DNA from: Felis catus
Lineage: Eukaryota
Reading direction: 5' to 3'
NCBI RefSeq assembly: GCF_018350175.1
Contig: NC_058368.1
Span: forward strand, 115,198,001-115,262,000
DNA: 64,000 bases
A program made the translations under genes and the position numbers. The notes beneath the pieces were generated by a model. It saw nothing but the letters and a program-made list of their open reading frames with translations, did no database searches and was not told the DNA's origin. Shown here in pieces: positions 52,150 through 64,000 of this stretch (position 1 is its first letter; every line of letters starts with the position of its first letter).

Positions 52150-52870
52150 ACATACAAATATAAATAATAATACTAGGTACTAGGTGCCAAGTATTTGGCA
52201 TGCAAGGTTTCATTTAAGCTTCATGAAAATGAGGTACTGAAGATACTAATATCATTTTTATTTTAGAGATAAGTAAACAAAATTACATTGGTCAAAGTCA
52301 TTTGCCAAGGTCACCCAGTATGGTAGGCAGAATAATAGCCCTCCAAAGAGATCAGGTCCTAATACCTGGAACCCATAAATTTTACCTTTTAAGGAAAAAA
52401 GATATTTGCAGATGTGATTTAGGATCTTCAAATGATTATCCTGGATTATGGGAAAGGCTCTAAGTACAATCACAATGTCCTTGTAAGAAATAGAGGAAGA
52501 TTTGACACAGGCACAGAAGACAAGGCAATGTGAAGACAGAACAGAGATTTGAAGATGTTGAACTTGAAGTTGACAGTGATATGGACACAAGCCAAGGAAT
52601 ACCAGCAGCCACCAGAAGCTGGAAGAAGCAAGGAACAGACTCTGCCCTAAAGCCTCTGGAGGGAGCGTGGGCCTCCCAACACCTTGATTTCAGCCCAGGG
52701 ATACTGACTTCAGACTTCTGGCCTCCAGAACTAGGAGAGAATAAATCTCTGCTGTTTTAAGCCACCAAATTTGTGTTAATTTGTTACAGCAGCCACAGGA
52801 AACTAACAAACCCAGCTAGTAGAGACAAAGCCAGGCTCTGGGACCTCAGTGACTCCAGGCCTGCACCCTC
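52150..52870 (-). mobile_element. MIR split by MLT1 LTR
   Basis: tttgccaaggtcacccag | cccagctagtagagacaaagccagg rejoin across the LTR. Confidence 0.65.
52319..52810 (+). mobile_element. MLT1D/C-like solo LTR (ERVL-MaLR), full length
   Basis: tggtaggcagaataatagccc...gacttctggcctccagaact...gttttaagccacc...ggaaactaa. 5-bp TSD cccag (52314-52318 / 52811-52815). Confidence 0.9.
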
Positions 52871-53924
52871 AAACCCTGTGCTTTGCTCCTTTTCCACACA
52901 CAGCCTCACCAAGACAGACCTATGCTCTGTTAGATGGGTAACCCTGCCAAGAATTGAAGTAATTAGCACTGGCAGCTCCTCTGCTGCAGTGTCTCCAGAC
53001 ATGTGTCTCTCCTTCCCCCATATCACAGCAGAGGCTTATCAGAGCCCAAACCAGTATCTTAGTGTTTTAATTATCAAATAAGGAGTGAAATAGCCCACAG
53101 TACAACATTGTGGTGAGAAAGCAAACCAAACTGTTTAACAAAGGTTTTCACCTAACCTATTTGTTTGCACTTGACTGTTTCCCCAAACACGGAGAAGCTC
53201 ATAACCTCTGTTGCTCTGCTCCATCCCTCCCACAAATCCTTCCCCACACAGACACATTTGGGAAGGAGTATGAGCTGCAAGTAGTTCACCACCACCCACC
53301 ACCCACCATCCCCTGTTCACCACCTGATGACTTCCCAGGAACACAGAGAAAAGGATTGAGTTACACTGAACTCCTCTCTCTAAGCCTTTTGGGTAAGTAC
53401 TGGTATGAGCAGGCTGGCCCAGAGGTTCCTCAAGTTAACCAATCTTGGCATTAACAAGCAAGCTAATAAACACATTGTCAGGGCAAAGATATAGCATCCC
53501 AAAATGCACTTTTTGAACCTATTCTGACAAGTATGGCTCAGCTTTAATTATTTATAACACTTCAAAGTGCAGGTGGTAAAACACAGTAGTGTGCTTTGTA
53601 AAAATAATGATGTCTTGGTGATAGAGGACTTTTGTGGCTGTTGTGGCTATTCAACCTTTGCTGAGGAGCCATCACTCAGCTCAGGGTTTCTGGGAGAACA
53701 ATCAACTGGGGGATTAGCAGAGAAGACAACCTGGGACTTACCATGTAGTGAAACAATGGGTAACTCATTAAAGGCCCCAGAGTTTTCCCACTTTTGTTTT
53801 TGCTAGATGCTTTCACCCCAACTCCCTCAAGCCCTGTCTTCCTTCAAAGTTCTTGAAGAAACTTCCTACCTTCTTTTCTCTTGCCAAAAAGGTTCCATCT
53901 GATCTTCCATCATTATCTCCAACT

Positions 53925-54140
53925 AACAATTACAGCTAACATTCAGGAAGCATTTACTCACTATATATTGGGTTCATAACAATCCTATGCCACAGGTACC
54001 AATCATTTGCCCCCTATTACTGATAAGGAAGCTCAGACTCAGAGGTGTTAAATCATTTTTCAAGGTCAGAGAGCTAATCATTGGCAGAGCCAGAATTACA
54101 AAGCATATCTAACTCCAAAGCCCAAGCTCTTAATAACATT
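53925..54140 (-). mobile_element. MIR
   Basis: gataaggaagctcagactcagaggtgttaaatcatttttcaaggtca. Confidence 0.72.
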
Positions 54141-55579
54141 AGACTCATATGACATCAATTCATCAGATAAACTCGTGGCCTTACTACTGTCACCTAGAGA
54201 AGACCTTAAGGAGACAAATCTGCATATCTTTTGACTAAGCTGACTGCTCAGAAAGGTTGGCAAAAATGCTCTTAAAACCATCCACAAAATTTCTTTCCTT
54301 GCTCATTTCTCAGAGAATCATCTGGAAAATACAGTCAGTCCCAAGGAATCCTTGGGGGAATACAAATGGATTTAGAGATGAAAGCAAGCTTACCCCTTCC
54401 CAGGTGAAATGAAACCTCAAGATTTAGCAGTACCTGAAAGTGCCCACCTCTGCTCTACTGGTTTGAGTCTCAGCAGGCTGTCACCAACTATACTTTCATT
54501 CGACCACCAGGGAAATAATGGAGGGTCCTCACATTTTGAGAAGAAAACCAAAAAGCACAATAATAATCATGCAAAAAAGGAAGGAATAAGCAAGAAGAGA
54601 ACAAAGCTCCAATTCCTATTTATCATGTATCAGCAGGTTCTGGTTTTTTAAGCTTCTTATTACAATCTTCTGACTCCAAATTAGTTTTCTTTGCCTAGTC
54701 CTAATTATTGCTTTAACTCCCTTCAAATGGCCCCCCAAAGATGATGAAAAATGTAACGGAAAGGTCGACTTGTCCCATGGGAACTGCAGGGAGACACCCT
54801 GACGTATTGCTCTGAAATGCTATTTGTTATTTCATAGGATAAAACCCCAGAATTAATCATGGTAAAGAGTTCTCCATTTCTCCTGGCAACAGGACTCATT
54901 GGGGTTAGGCAGACAAGGGAAAAGAAAGATGGTACGGAAAGAGAAAAAAAGCCCCATTTCCTCACCTAGCAGCACATGCACCAAACAGGCTCCCAAATTC
55001 TGCCCAAACCACCAAGCTAGTACTGACATCAAGTTCTGAAGCTACCCGTCACTGGAGGGAACAATGTCCATGCAAAAGGTTCAGCAGGATGCTGGGAGAT
55101 TAGGTTTGGGGGTGGCAAAGAGAAGGGAGGGAGAAGAAATGTAAACCATAAATTGGGCTAAAAGTCCTGATGCTTCTCCTGCTAAGAGCTAGCAAGGAAA
55201 GACTGAATCAACTTTCTAGAAAGGTAAGATCATGAAAGGGGATGTTAAAATAAATTGAGAGAGAAAAAGGAAAAAGATCAGAGAAGAGGAGTCTTACTGC
55301 AGCAGGTTTGCAATTTGTCTGCTTTCAGAGCTAAAGCTCTGCGTAGCAAGTTTTTTTAAAGTTTATTTTAAGAGCTTTGAAGCCTTTTGGGGAAAAAACT
55401 CACTAATTCTACCTTTCACAAAGTCTCCAGAGTTTCACTGCAATGGGGGGCATTTACATGAAACAGGATGAATTGTCGTTAGAGGAGCATCTATCCCTCA
55501 GAAAATCAACGTGTTCCATGTGTGTACACTCCTGTTTGAGAAGAGAAACATTTGAGAACTTTTTTCATAGCAGTCTATT

Positions 55580-55835
55580 CTTTTTTTTTTTTTACTGTTG
55601 TTTGAGTATAGCTAACACACCACGTTACATTAGTTTCAGATGTACAATACAGTGAGTCAACAAGTGCAGCTACCATCTGTCACCACACATTGCTATTACA
55701 GTATCCATGACTATATTCCCTATGCTGTGCTGTGCCAGAAGCCTCTATTTCCCATTCCCCTTCACCCATTTTGCCCATCCCTCCAGCCCCCTTCCTTCTG
55801 GCAACCATCAGTTTGTTTTCTATATTTACAGGTCT
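55580..55835 (-). mobile_element. Carnivore L1 3' UTR fragment (5'-truncated)
   Basis: Poly-T, then gttacattagtttcagatgtacaa...cacccattttgcccatcc...ctggcaaccatcagtttgtt. TSD a(t/c)agcagtctatt (55567-55579 / 55836-55848). Confidence 0.85.
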
Positions 55836-55980
55836 ACAGCAGTCTATTATTCTATCAGATGCGCAGGTAAAGAATATGGAGACAGGGCTGCAAGGCCTGA
55901 TTCTCCAAATCCTATGAACACACAAAGATTGGCAACTGGTTTTGAAGAGATTCACACTCAGGATTTAAGAAAGGAAGAGA

Positions 55981-56187
55981 GGGGGGCCTGGGTGGCTCAG
56001 TCAATTGAGCACCCGACTTCTGCTCAGGATATGTTCTTGCAGTTTGTGGGTTCGAGCCCCGTGTCAGGCTCTGTGCTGACAGCCTGGAGCCTGCTTCAGA
56101 TTTTGTGTCTACCTCTCTCTCTCTGTCCCTCCCCTATTCGTGCTCTATCTCTCTCTCTCTCTCTCTAATAAATAAACATTTTTTTTA
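55981..56187 (+). mobile_element. CAN-SINE
   Basis: Consensus head, (CT)n, aataaataaa tail. Confidence 0.92.
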
Positions 56188-56938
56188 AAAAAGGAAAGAG
56201 AAAAATCAGTGCAAATGAAATCAGCAAAACAGCTGCAATTTATTTACTTTTTAACCAAAAGTAAGTTCGTTAATTACTTAAATAGCCTGACTAGGCATCA
56301 CAGAAACTTAGGCCATCACCACCCCTGACGGTGACGAGCACCTTCAGTTTGGGGACTTGCTGGCTCATCTACCTTTAAAGTTTACAGAATTATGGGTGAC
56401 AACCAAAATCGGGTGGGAGAGTGTAAAAGGCATTTTACTCACCCTAACCACATTTCTACAATCAAAAAAAAAAAAGACGTGTTCTAGCCTAGAAGGTAGA
56501 AGAGATGAAAGCTAGCATCTTACCTACAACTCTAGCCAGAAGAAAGCTGTCAAAGATTCTGAATAACACTTCTGAATAAGAACTGCAGAAACAACACAAA
56601 GGCAAGAAAATAAAGTACATGATGAAAGATGAAAGAGATTATCAATTAGCCTAGAAAGGACTGAAGAGGGGAGGTGAAAGAATTAAGAAAAGGCTTTATC
56701 ATTTTTGAGTCCAGAGGAAGTTGGTTGAGAGAGCCACTGTTTTTACCACTAAGCCACCTTCTGGTACCAGAATCTTCAAAAACCTGTCTTGCAGGCTTAT
56801 AACTGAAATTCTTTCTTGAAGGGGGATTGGGAGCTTCACTAAAAGTAGACTTCTAAGTAAGTTTAAACATAAGTTAAAGATTACCCCAGTTGGATAGAGG
56901 ATGGTCAGTAATTATAGAACGTTAAGACACTGACTTTA

Positions 56939-57043
56939 TTAAGATTATTTTATTTTTACATCATCTGACATGAGGCTGGCTAGAACTCACAACCTCAAGA
57001 TCAAGAGTCACGTGCTCTACTGACTGAGCCAGCCAGGTGCCCC
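56939..57043 (-). mobile_element. Short tRNA-derived carnivore SINE (SINEC_old-like)
   Basis: TSD gaca(c/a)tgacttta (56926-56938 / 57044-57056). Confidence 0.85.
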
Positions 57044-58090
57044 GACAATGACTTTAAAGTAGTTGCCAGAGTGACCAAATACCCTGAGCTAGTCACAAGG
57101 CTGAGTCCTCCAAAGGAGGAAAATAAGCAAAGGAGACAGCTGGCATGGAGGCTGTCCAATGCCTTTCCTTTGAGAACTTTATCAATAGGGAAAAATCAAC
57201 AAAACCTAAGGCAGGTTAAGATAATCATGGGCTTAGAGAAAGGGAAAGAAGAAGGCAGCTTTGGGTGACAGAAAGAGAGCCTTGGAAATGAGTGGAGACT
57301 AGTACCTGCAGGGCTACGTTTTCAATACACACAAAACCTTTTAAGCAATAGAAAACCATCCCTGCTCACTCGCTTGCTCCAAACACCCTCTTCTCCTCAT
57401 ATACATGCCTGGGACTTTATTCTCTAAATTCAAGACCAGGTCTTTGAGGACTCCTAACATTTAGGACTCAAACATTTACAAAGGTAGCTGGAGATAACTT
57501 AGTTCCACTTCCTCCTGAGCACACCCATTACAGTTCCTGCAGCTCCCTGGGTTACAAGCCCTCTGCCAAGAGAACAGTTAACTGGTCCAGCGTCTCACCC
57601 ATACCATTAATATTACCCATGAAAAACCAGGCCACTGCCAGAAAGCAGCAATATCCCCTCTGACCTCTCCATGTTTCACCCTGCTACTCACTCACATTCT
57701 GTGAATTTGTTTCTATCTGGACAGTGTCAATTTGTCAATTCTTGTCTAATGCCCTTGTCTAAGAACTTACACAGTATTGCAAAAAGTGTCGGTAGAAAAT
57801 CAGAGTAAGATAAATTTTCCATGTCCTGGTGAGCTTTCATGTTTGTTTTATTCCAAGCAAATGCACTAAAGCTTGTTCCTGAGAACACCTAAAAAAATCA
57901 ATGCCTCAAGTCCAGCAATCACAAACTCCCCTTGCCAATAACAAAATGCCAAGAAAAAGAGAGCCATATAAAATGAAGCCAAGACAAACTGCCTCTCCTC
58001 AGAAGGTTCCCAATAATGGAGGGGGGGGGGGGGACAGGTCACTTAATTAGTAATGAACAAGAAATAAAATCATCTTACAGTTATTTATGA

Positions 58091-58298
58091 TTTTTTTTCA
58101 AAGTTTATTTTTGACAGGGAGAGAGAGACAGAGCATGAGTGGGGGAGGGGCAGAGAGAGGCAGACACAGAATCCAAAGCAGGCTCCAGGCTCTGAACTGT
58201 CAGCACAGAGTCCGACGCAGGGTTTGAACGCACAAGCCATGAGATCATGACCTGAGCCAAAGTCGGACACTCAACCGAATGAGCCATCCAGGTACCCC
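58091..58298 (-). mobile_element. CAN-SINE
   Basis: TSD ttacagttatttatga (58075-58090 / 58301-58316). Confidence 0.94.
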
Positions 58299-58380
58299 AG
58301 TTACAGTTATTTATGAAACAAAGGAATATGAATATGACAACTCTGTACCCAGGTTCTGAGTAATAAAAGAATCTAGTCTT

Positions 58381-58593
58381 ATTTTTTTTAATGTTTGTTT
58401 ATTTTGAGAGAAACAGAGAGACAGCATAGACAAGGGACGGGCAGAGAGAGAGGTAGACACAGAATTTGAAGCAGGCTCCAGGCTCTGCGCTGTCAGCACA
58501 GAACCCGACGCAAGGCTTAAAACCCACAAACCACGAAATCTTGACCTGGGCAGAAGTCAGATGCTTTACTGACTGAGCCACCCAGGCACCCCC
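58381..58593 (-). mobile_element. CAN-SINE
   Basis: Reverse-complement SINEC consensus with degenerate TSD. Confidence 0.92.
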
Positions 58594-58614
58594 GACAGAA
58601 TCCATTCTCATTTA

Positions 58615-58790
58615 CAAGCTCATTCATTCAACAAATGTGTGGTCATCTACTAAGTACCATGCACTGCTCCTAACACTGTGAATACAGCTGTGAACATGAC
58701 GGACCTGATCCCTATTCTTATGGAACTTACATTCTGGTGGAGGGAAAACAGAGAATCCACAAGAAAACAAGAAAAATATCACATGTCTAC
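58615..58790 (-). mobile_element. L2 3' end
   Basis: cattcattcaacaaatg...ccctattcttatggaacttacattctggtgg. Confidence 0.78.
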
Positions 58791-58969
58791 GGGGCACCTG
58801 GGGGGCTCAGTAGGTTTAGTGTCTGATTCTGGACAGCTCAGGTCGTGATCCCAGGGTTGTGGGATCGAGCCCCACATCAGGCTCAATACTGAGCCTGCTT
58901 AAGATTCTCTCTCTCTCTCCTTCTGGCCCTCTCCCCTGGCTCATGCTCTCTTGAAAAAAAAAAAAAAAA
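58791..58969 (+). mobile_element. CAN-SINE directly upstream of L1
   Basis: ggggcacctggggggctcag head, (CT)n, poly-A. Confidence 0.9.
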
Positions 58970-58974
58970 GTCAA

Positions 58975-61460
58975 GAACATGGATGCAAAAATCCTCAACA
59001 AGTCATTAGTCAACCAGATCCAACAATACATTAAAAAATTATTCACCACAACCAAATGGCATTGATACCTGGGATGCAGGGCTAGTTCAATATCCACAAT
59101 ATCCGCAAAACAATCAATGTGATTGTCTCAATGTGTCTCAATAAAACAAAGGACAAGAACCACATGATCCTTTCAATAGATGCAGAGAACGCATGTGACA
59201 AAATACAGCATACTTTCTTCATAAAAACCCTTAAGAAAGTAGGGACAGAAGGATCATACCTCGAGATCATAAAAGCCATATATCAAAGACCCAACGCTAA
59301 TATCATCCTCAATTGGAGAAAAACTGAGAGCTTTCTCCCTAAGGTCAGGAAGGAGACAGAGATGTCCACTCTTGCCACTGTTGTTCAACATAGTATTGGA
59401 AGTCTTGGCCTCAGCAATCAGACAACACAAAGATATAAAAGGCATCCAAATCAGCCAGAAGGAGGTCAAACTTTCACTCTTCGCAGATGACATGATACTC
59501 TATATGGAAAACCCAAAAGATTCCACCAAAAAACTTATAGAACTGATCCACAAGTTCAGCAAAGTGGCAGAATATAAAATCAAAGCACAGAAATTGGCTG
59601 CATTCCTATACACCAACAATGAAGCAACAGAAAGAGAAATCAAGGTATCAATCCCATTTTCAATTGCACCAAAAACCATAAAATATCTAGGAATTAATCT
59701 AACCAAAGAGGTGAAAAATGTATCTATACACTGAAAACTATAGACAGTTTATGAAAGAATTTGAAGAAGACACAGAAAATGGGAAAATATTCCATGCTCC
59801 TGGATAGGAAGAACAAATATTGTTAAAATGTCAATACTGCCCAAAGCAATCTACATATTCATTGCAGTACCTATCAAAATAACACCAGCATTCTTCACAC
59901 AGCTAGAACAAACAATCTTAAAATTTGTATGGAACCAGAAAAGAACTCAAATGGCCAAAGCAATCTTGAAAAAGAAAACCAAAGCAGGAGGCATCACAAT
60001 CCCGGACTTCAAGATGTATCACAAAGCTGTAATCATCAAGACAGCATGGTATTGGCACAAGAACAGACACTCAGATCAATGGAACAGAATAGAGAACCCA
60101 GAAATGGACCCACAAACATATGGCCAACTAATCTTTGACAAAGCAGGAAAGAATATCCAATGGAATAAAGACAGTCTCTTCAGCAAGTGGTGCTGGGAAA
60201 ACTGGACAGCAACATGCAGAAAAATGAACCTGGACCACTTTCTTACACCATACACAAAAATAAACTCAAAATGGATGAAAGACCTACATGTAAGACATTT
60301 GTAATGATGTAAGACATCAAAATCCTCGAAGAGAAAGCAGGCAAAAACCTCTTTGACCTTGGCCGCAGCAACTTCTTACTCAACACGTCTTTGGAGGCAA
60401 GGGAAACAAAAGGAAAAATGAACTACTGGGGGCCTCATCAAAATAAAAACCTTCTGCACAGTTAAGGAAACAATCAGCAAAATTAAAATGCAACCCGACA
60501 AAATGGGAGAAGATATTTGCAAACGACTTATCAGATAAAGGGTTAGTAGCCAAAATGTATAAGAAACTTCTCACATTCAACACCCAAAAAAAACCCAAAT
60601 AATCCAGTGAAGAAATGGGAAAAAGACATGAATAGACACTTCTCCAAAGAAGACATCCAGACTCCCAACCAACACATGAAAAAATGCTCAACATCACTCA
60701 TCATCATGGAAATACAAATCAAAACCACAAAGAGATACCACCTCACACCTGTCAGAATAGCTAACATTAACAACTCAGGTAACAACAGATGTTGGCAAGG
60801 ATGTGGAGAAAAAGGATCTCTTTTGCACTGCTGGGGGGAATGCAAACTGGTGCAGCCACTCTGGAAAACAGTATGGAGGTCCCTCAAAAAATTAAAAATA
60901 GAACTACCCTATGACCAAGCAATTGCACTACTAGGGTATTTATCCAAGGGATGCAGGAATGCTGTTTCGAAGGGGCACATGCACCCCAATGTTTATAGCA
61001 GCACTATCAACAACAGCCAAAGTATGGAAAGAGCCCAAATGTCCATCGATGGATGAAAGGATAAAGAAAATGTGGTATATATATATATACAATGGAGTAT
61101 GACTCAGCAATCAAAAAGAATGAAATCTTGCCATTTGCAACTACGTGGATGAAACTAAAGGGTATTATGCTAAGCAAAATTAGTCAGAGAAAGACAAATA
61201 TCAGATGACTTTACTCATATAAGGACTTTAAGACACAAAACAGATGAACATAAGGGAAGGAAAGCAAAAATAATATAAAAACAGGGAGGAGGACAAAACA
61301 TAAGAGACTCTTAAATGTGGAGAACAGAGGGTTACTGGAGGGGTTCGGGGAGGGGGGATGGGCTAAATGGGTAAGGGGCATTAAGGAATCTACTCCTGAA
61401 ATCATTGTTTTATTATATGCTAACTTGGATGTAAATTTAAAAAATTAATTAAATAAAAAT
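58975..61460 (+). mobile_element. 5'-truncated felid L1, ~2.5 kb, ORF2 RT to 3' UTR, frameshifted, antisense to SIL1
   Basis: ORF-track fragments: [11 protein letters not shown] (59119), [13 protein letters not shown] catalytic motif (59372), MSILPKAIY...[19 protein letters not shown] (59828), [19 protein letters not shown]ys-rich region (60607). Same 3' UTR family as 16176-16797. Confidence 0.96.
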
Positions 61461-61929
61461 TTTGGTCCTCTATGCAAGGTCACTCTGTTAAAAACATACA
61501 AGGGAAGGGGCAGAATGTAGGACATGTGGCTATAAAGGCAGGCAGAGAACTGCCTTTTTTTATGAATGGCGTGTAATCAGGACAGGGAGTTGGGACTTTA
61601 CCAAGACAGTAAGCCCGGGTTTCTGACCATTTTGCTCTAATGACTCTACCCTCCTCCCTGACAGGAGGAATAAAGAGATTATTTTTGGTTTACCCACTCA
61701 AGCCTTCTGCCTATTGCTTTCTGCTCTACAACTCACGCAGTAACTCATCTTCCCCAATGAGGGACTCAGATTGTGGCCTGACTCCAAATACCCTGCCTAT
61801 GAACCTTCCCAAGCAAGCCAAATCCAATCTCACTGTTGCATGTCTTTGGCCAGCCTTTGTCAGCACCTATGGTCCCATCTGTGGCTTCTCTTTCAGACAG
61901 GGTTTGAATTCTCTGAAGGCATCTGAGGT

Positions 61930-62110
61930 ACCTACCATGTGCCAAGCATATGCCATGAATTATCTCATTTCATCCTAACTGCCCCGCAAATGGGTATCAG
62001 TAAACCTTTATTCAGATGAGAAAACTGAGTCATGTAAGTACCAGAAAAGGTCAAAAAGCCAACAATCAGCAGAAGCAGAATTCCATTCCCTTCTACAGTA
62101 TGCAGCACAC
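61930..62110 (-). mobile_element. MIR
   Basis: cctaccatgtgccaagc...cagatgagaaaactgag. Confidence 0.75.
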
Positions 62111-62974
62111 ACAGCTTACTAAATGGTAAGTGAATGAAGGGACACAAACACCATGAATGAGGAAGAACGCATGGGCACAAGTCAGGGCCTACACACCCAG
62201 CTCTAGACACTCTAGATAAACAGATCGTCTCACCTTCTCAGTCAATACAGGCTCCAATTAGAAGACTGCTAAAGGCTTTGTCCTTTCTTTCCCATCCACC
62301 AACCCTGACCTACCCCCACCAAAGAAATCAGATGAATCAAATTAACCTTCCCCAACACCTCCACCAAATACAATCCCATTACAAAGGTCACTTCCCCCCT
62401 GAGACCACTGGAGAGTATTTTATTTCAATGACTCGTACTAAACAAACCTTTACAAAAATACAACCCAGCTTATTTTTCATGGTCTCTTGTAGGTCAACCA
62501 TCTTATACAGTATTCTACAAAAGAAAAGAAACAGCAACAGTTGAGTGTTTTAAGAAACAAACAAGAGAATCCAGGGATGTTCACTACCAGAAATGGACAC
62601 TCAAAAGGCAGTAGCAACAGAACACTGTTCCAGATGGTGCAGTGCTAGCAGGAAGTAGGGCTATGCCACCAGGAGCTAAGCACCCTCTACCCTCAAGCAG
62701 CCAACAAATTACAATCAGGGCCACAGAAGAGAAAGCCCAAAGAAGAAGAAAGGGTAACCAAGGGGACATCTTATCTGGATCTCCTTTAGGAGACTCCCTA
62801 GAAGATCTTGTTTTGCTGAAGCATTACCACACAGAACAAAACAAAAAGCAACAAAGATGACCTTAACACTAAGCACATCAAGGCCAGGACCACATCTTTA
62901 TACCATCACTGGCATGGAGCCCGGTACATAGCACACATGTAAGAAAACAAACAAAAGTTAGCCAAATAAACCAT

Positions 62975-63230
62975 AACAACAATCATTACCACATTTTATT
63001 CAGTATTTATCCTGTGAATGAACCTAAGCACCTTTCATATATCTTCATTAATACTTCATGGTTAACCCTGTGAGGTAAATTTATTATTAATCCACAGTGA
63101 GAGCTAAGAAAACTATCAATCAGGGAAGTGAAGTAACTTGTCTAAGGTTACACATCTTTTAAGTGGGAAGGCTAAGATTCTAACTTAAGTCTGCCCAAGT
63201 TCAAGGGCCATGCTCCTAACCGCTGTGCAG
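62975..63230 (-). mobile_element. MIR
   Basis: aaccctgtgaggta...gaagtgaagtaacttgtctaaggttacaca. Confidence 0.78.
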
Positions 63231-64000
63231 CAGAACCTTCCAACTGATTAAATGAAGGAATGGTGGGCAAGGCTACAGTACCATTGAGAAGGGGCTCTGG
63301 TCTAGGGTCTCAAACTACCCCACCAGGCAATGAACACTTTGTCTGGCAGCATGTGACTCTGACTCAGGCTTCTTTACACCACAGTTCACTCCTGTACCTC
63401 AGTCTTCCAGGCTACACAGTAGAAAGGGCAACTACAGCCCATTTCCAGCCCTCCAGACATTGGCTGCTGCCAAGAGAGAATATGTGCACACCTACATCAA
63501 CCAAAACTGAATGTTGCATAAACTGCAGGTGCTGGCTTTGCTAACCTGCCACATCATACTGCAGGTGGTTGCCCATGTCAGTGGCTTAAGTGGTCCAAGG
63601 TGAAAGGGGTAGCTCTTGGCCAGTAGTGACAGCCAACAGAGGGACAACAAGACAACAGGTTAACAAAGGGCTCTGTAGCTGTCAGATGTTAACAAGTGAC
63701 AGGCTTGAAACCTCCAGGCCTTTTTCTGCGAAGGTGGAAAGATGCCAAATGCCAGCACCCTGAGCTACCAAGTCTGCTGAGTGGCGAGGTGGCCCCAACA
63801 ACACACTGACTAAGGCAGTGAGAGAGGATCTGACTCAGGAGGAATAAGGCAGCACTTCAGGGGATGGGTCTGAAAATTACCATCTAGCTGACTGAAGGAA
63901 AACAAGTCACCTATCACAGTAATCCTCCTTTTCTGATCTTCATTCTCACTCCCTCATCAAAATCCATCCAATGTAATGACCGAATGATCTTTCACACTGC

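Larger units (their letters stand above)
28636..64000 (-). other. SIL1: SIL1 intron 1 (partial; promoter/exon 1 probably beyond the window end)
   Basis: Exon 2 begins with a splice acceptor. No CpG island was seen in this span. Confidence 0.75.

Noticed and set aside
59119..61056. Reverse-transcriptase ORFs as an active or novel RT system
   Set aside because: Ordinary L1 ORF2, 5'-truncated (no promoter, ORF1 or endonuclease) and broken by several frameshifts.

Overview
Felid (cat-family) genomic DNA, judged from Felis-type CAN-SINEs and felid L1 3' UTRs. The whole window lies inside the SIL1 gene (ER nucleotide-exchange factor for BiP/HSPA5) on the minus strand. Two coding exons are present and neither appears in the ORF track. 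Exon 2 (28520-28635) encodes the signal peptide [25 protein letters not shown], and exon 3 (21837-21972) encodes EFALTSPEK...HEWQALRPG. The rest is intron: about 18 CAN-SINEs, four sizeable antisense L1 fragments plus older L1M pieces, many MIR/L2 relics, MER21C-like and MLT1 LTRs, a MER102-like DNA transposon and microsatellites. Exon numbering, human comparisons and repeat subfamily names come from recalled sequences, not from searches. I found no convincing novel multi-gene system. The most interesting observations concern SIL1 itself: (i) the ancestral first ATG is GTG and is put out of frame by a 1-nt insertion, leaving a vestigial near-cognate uORF and a shorter signal peptide; (ii) a 3-nt acceptor shift in exon 3; (iii) a candidate poison exon in intron 2; (iv) a candidate non-coding cassette exon in intron 1; (v) a plausible exon 2-3 circRNA configuration.
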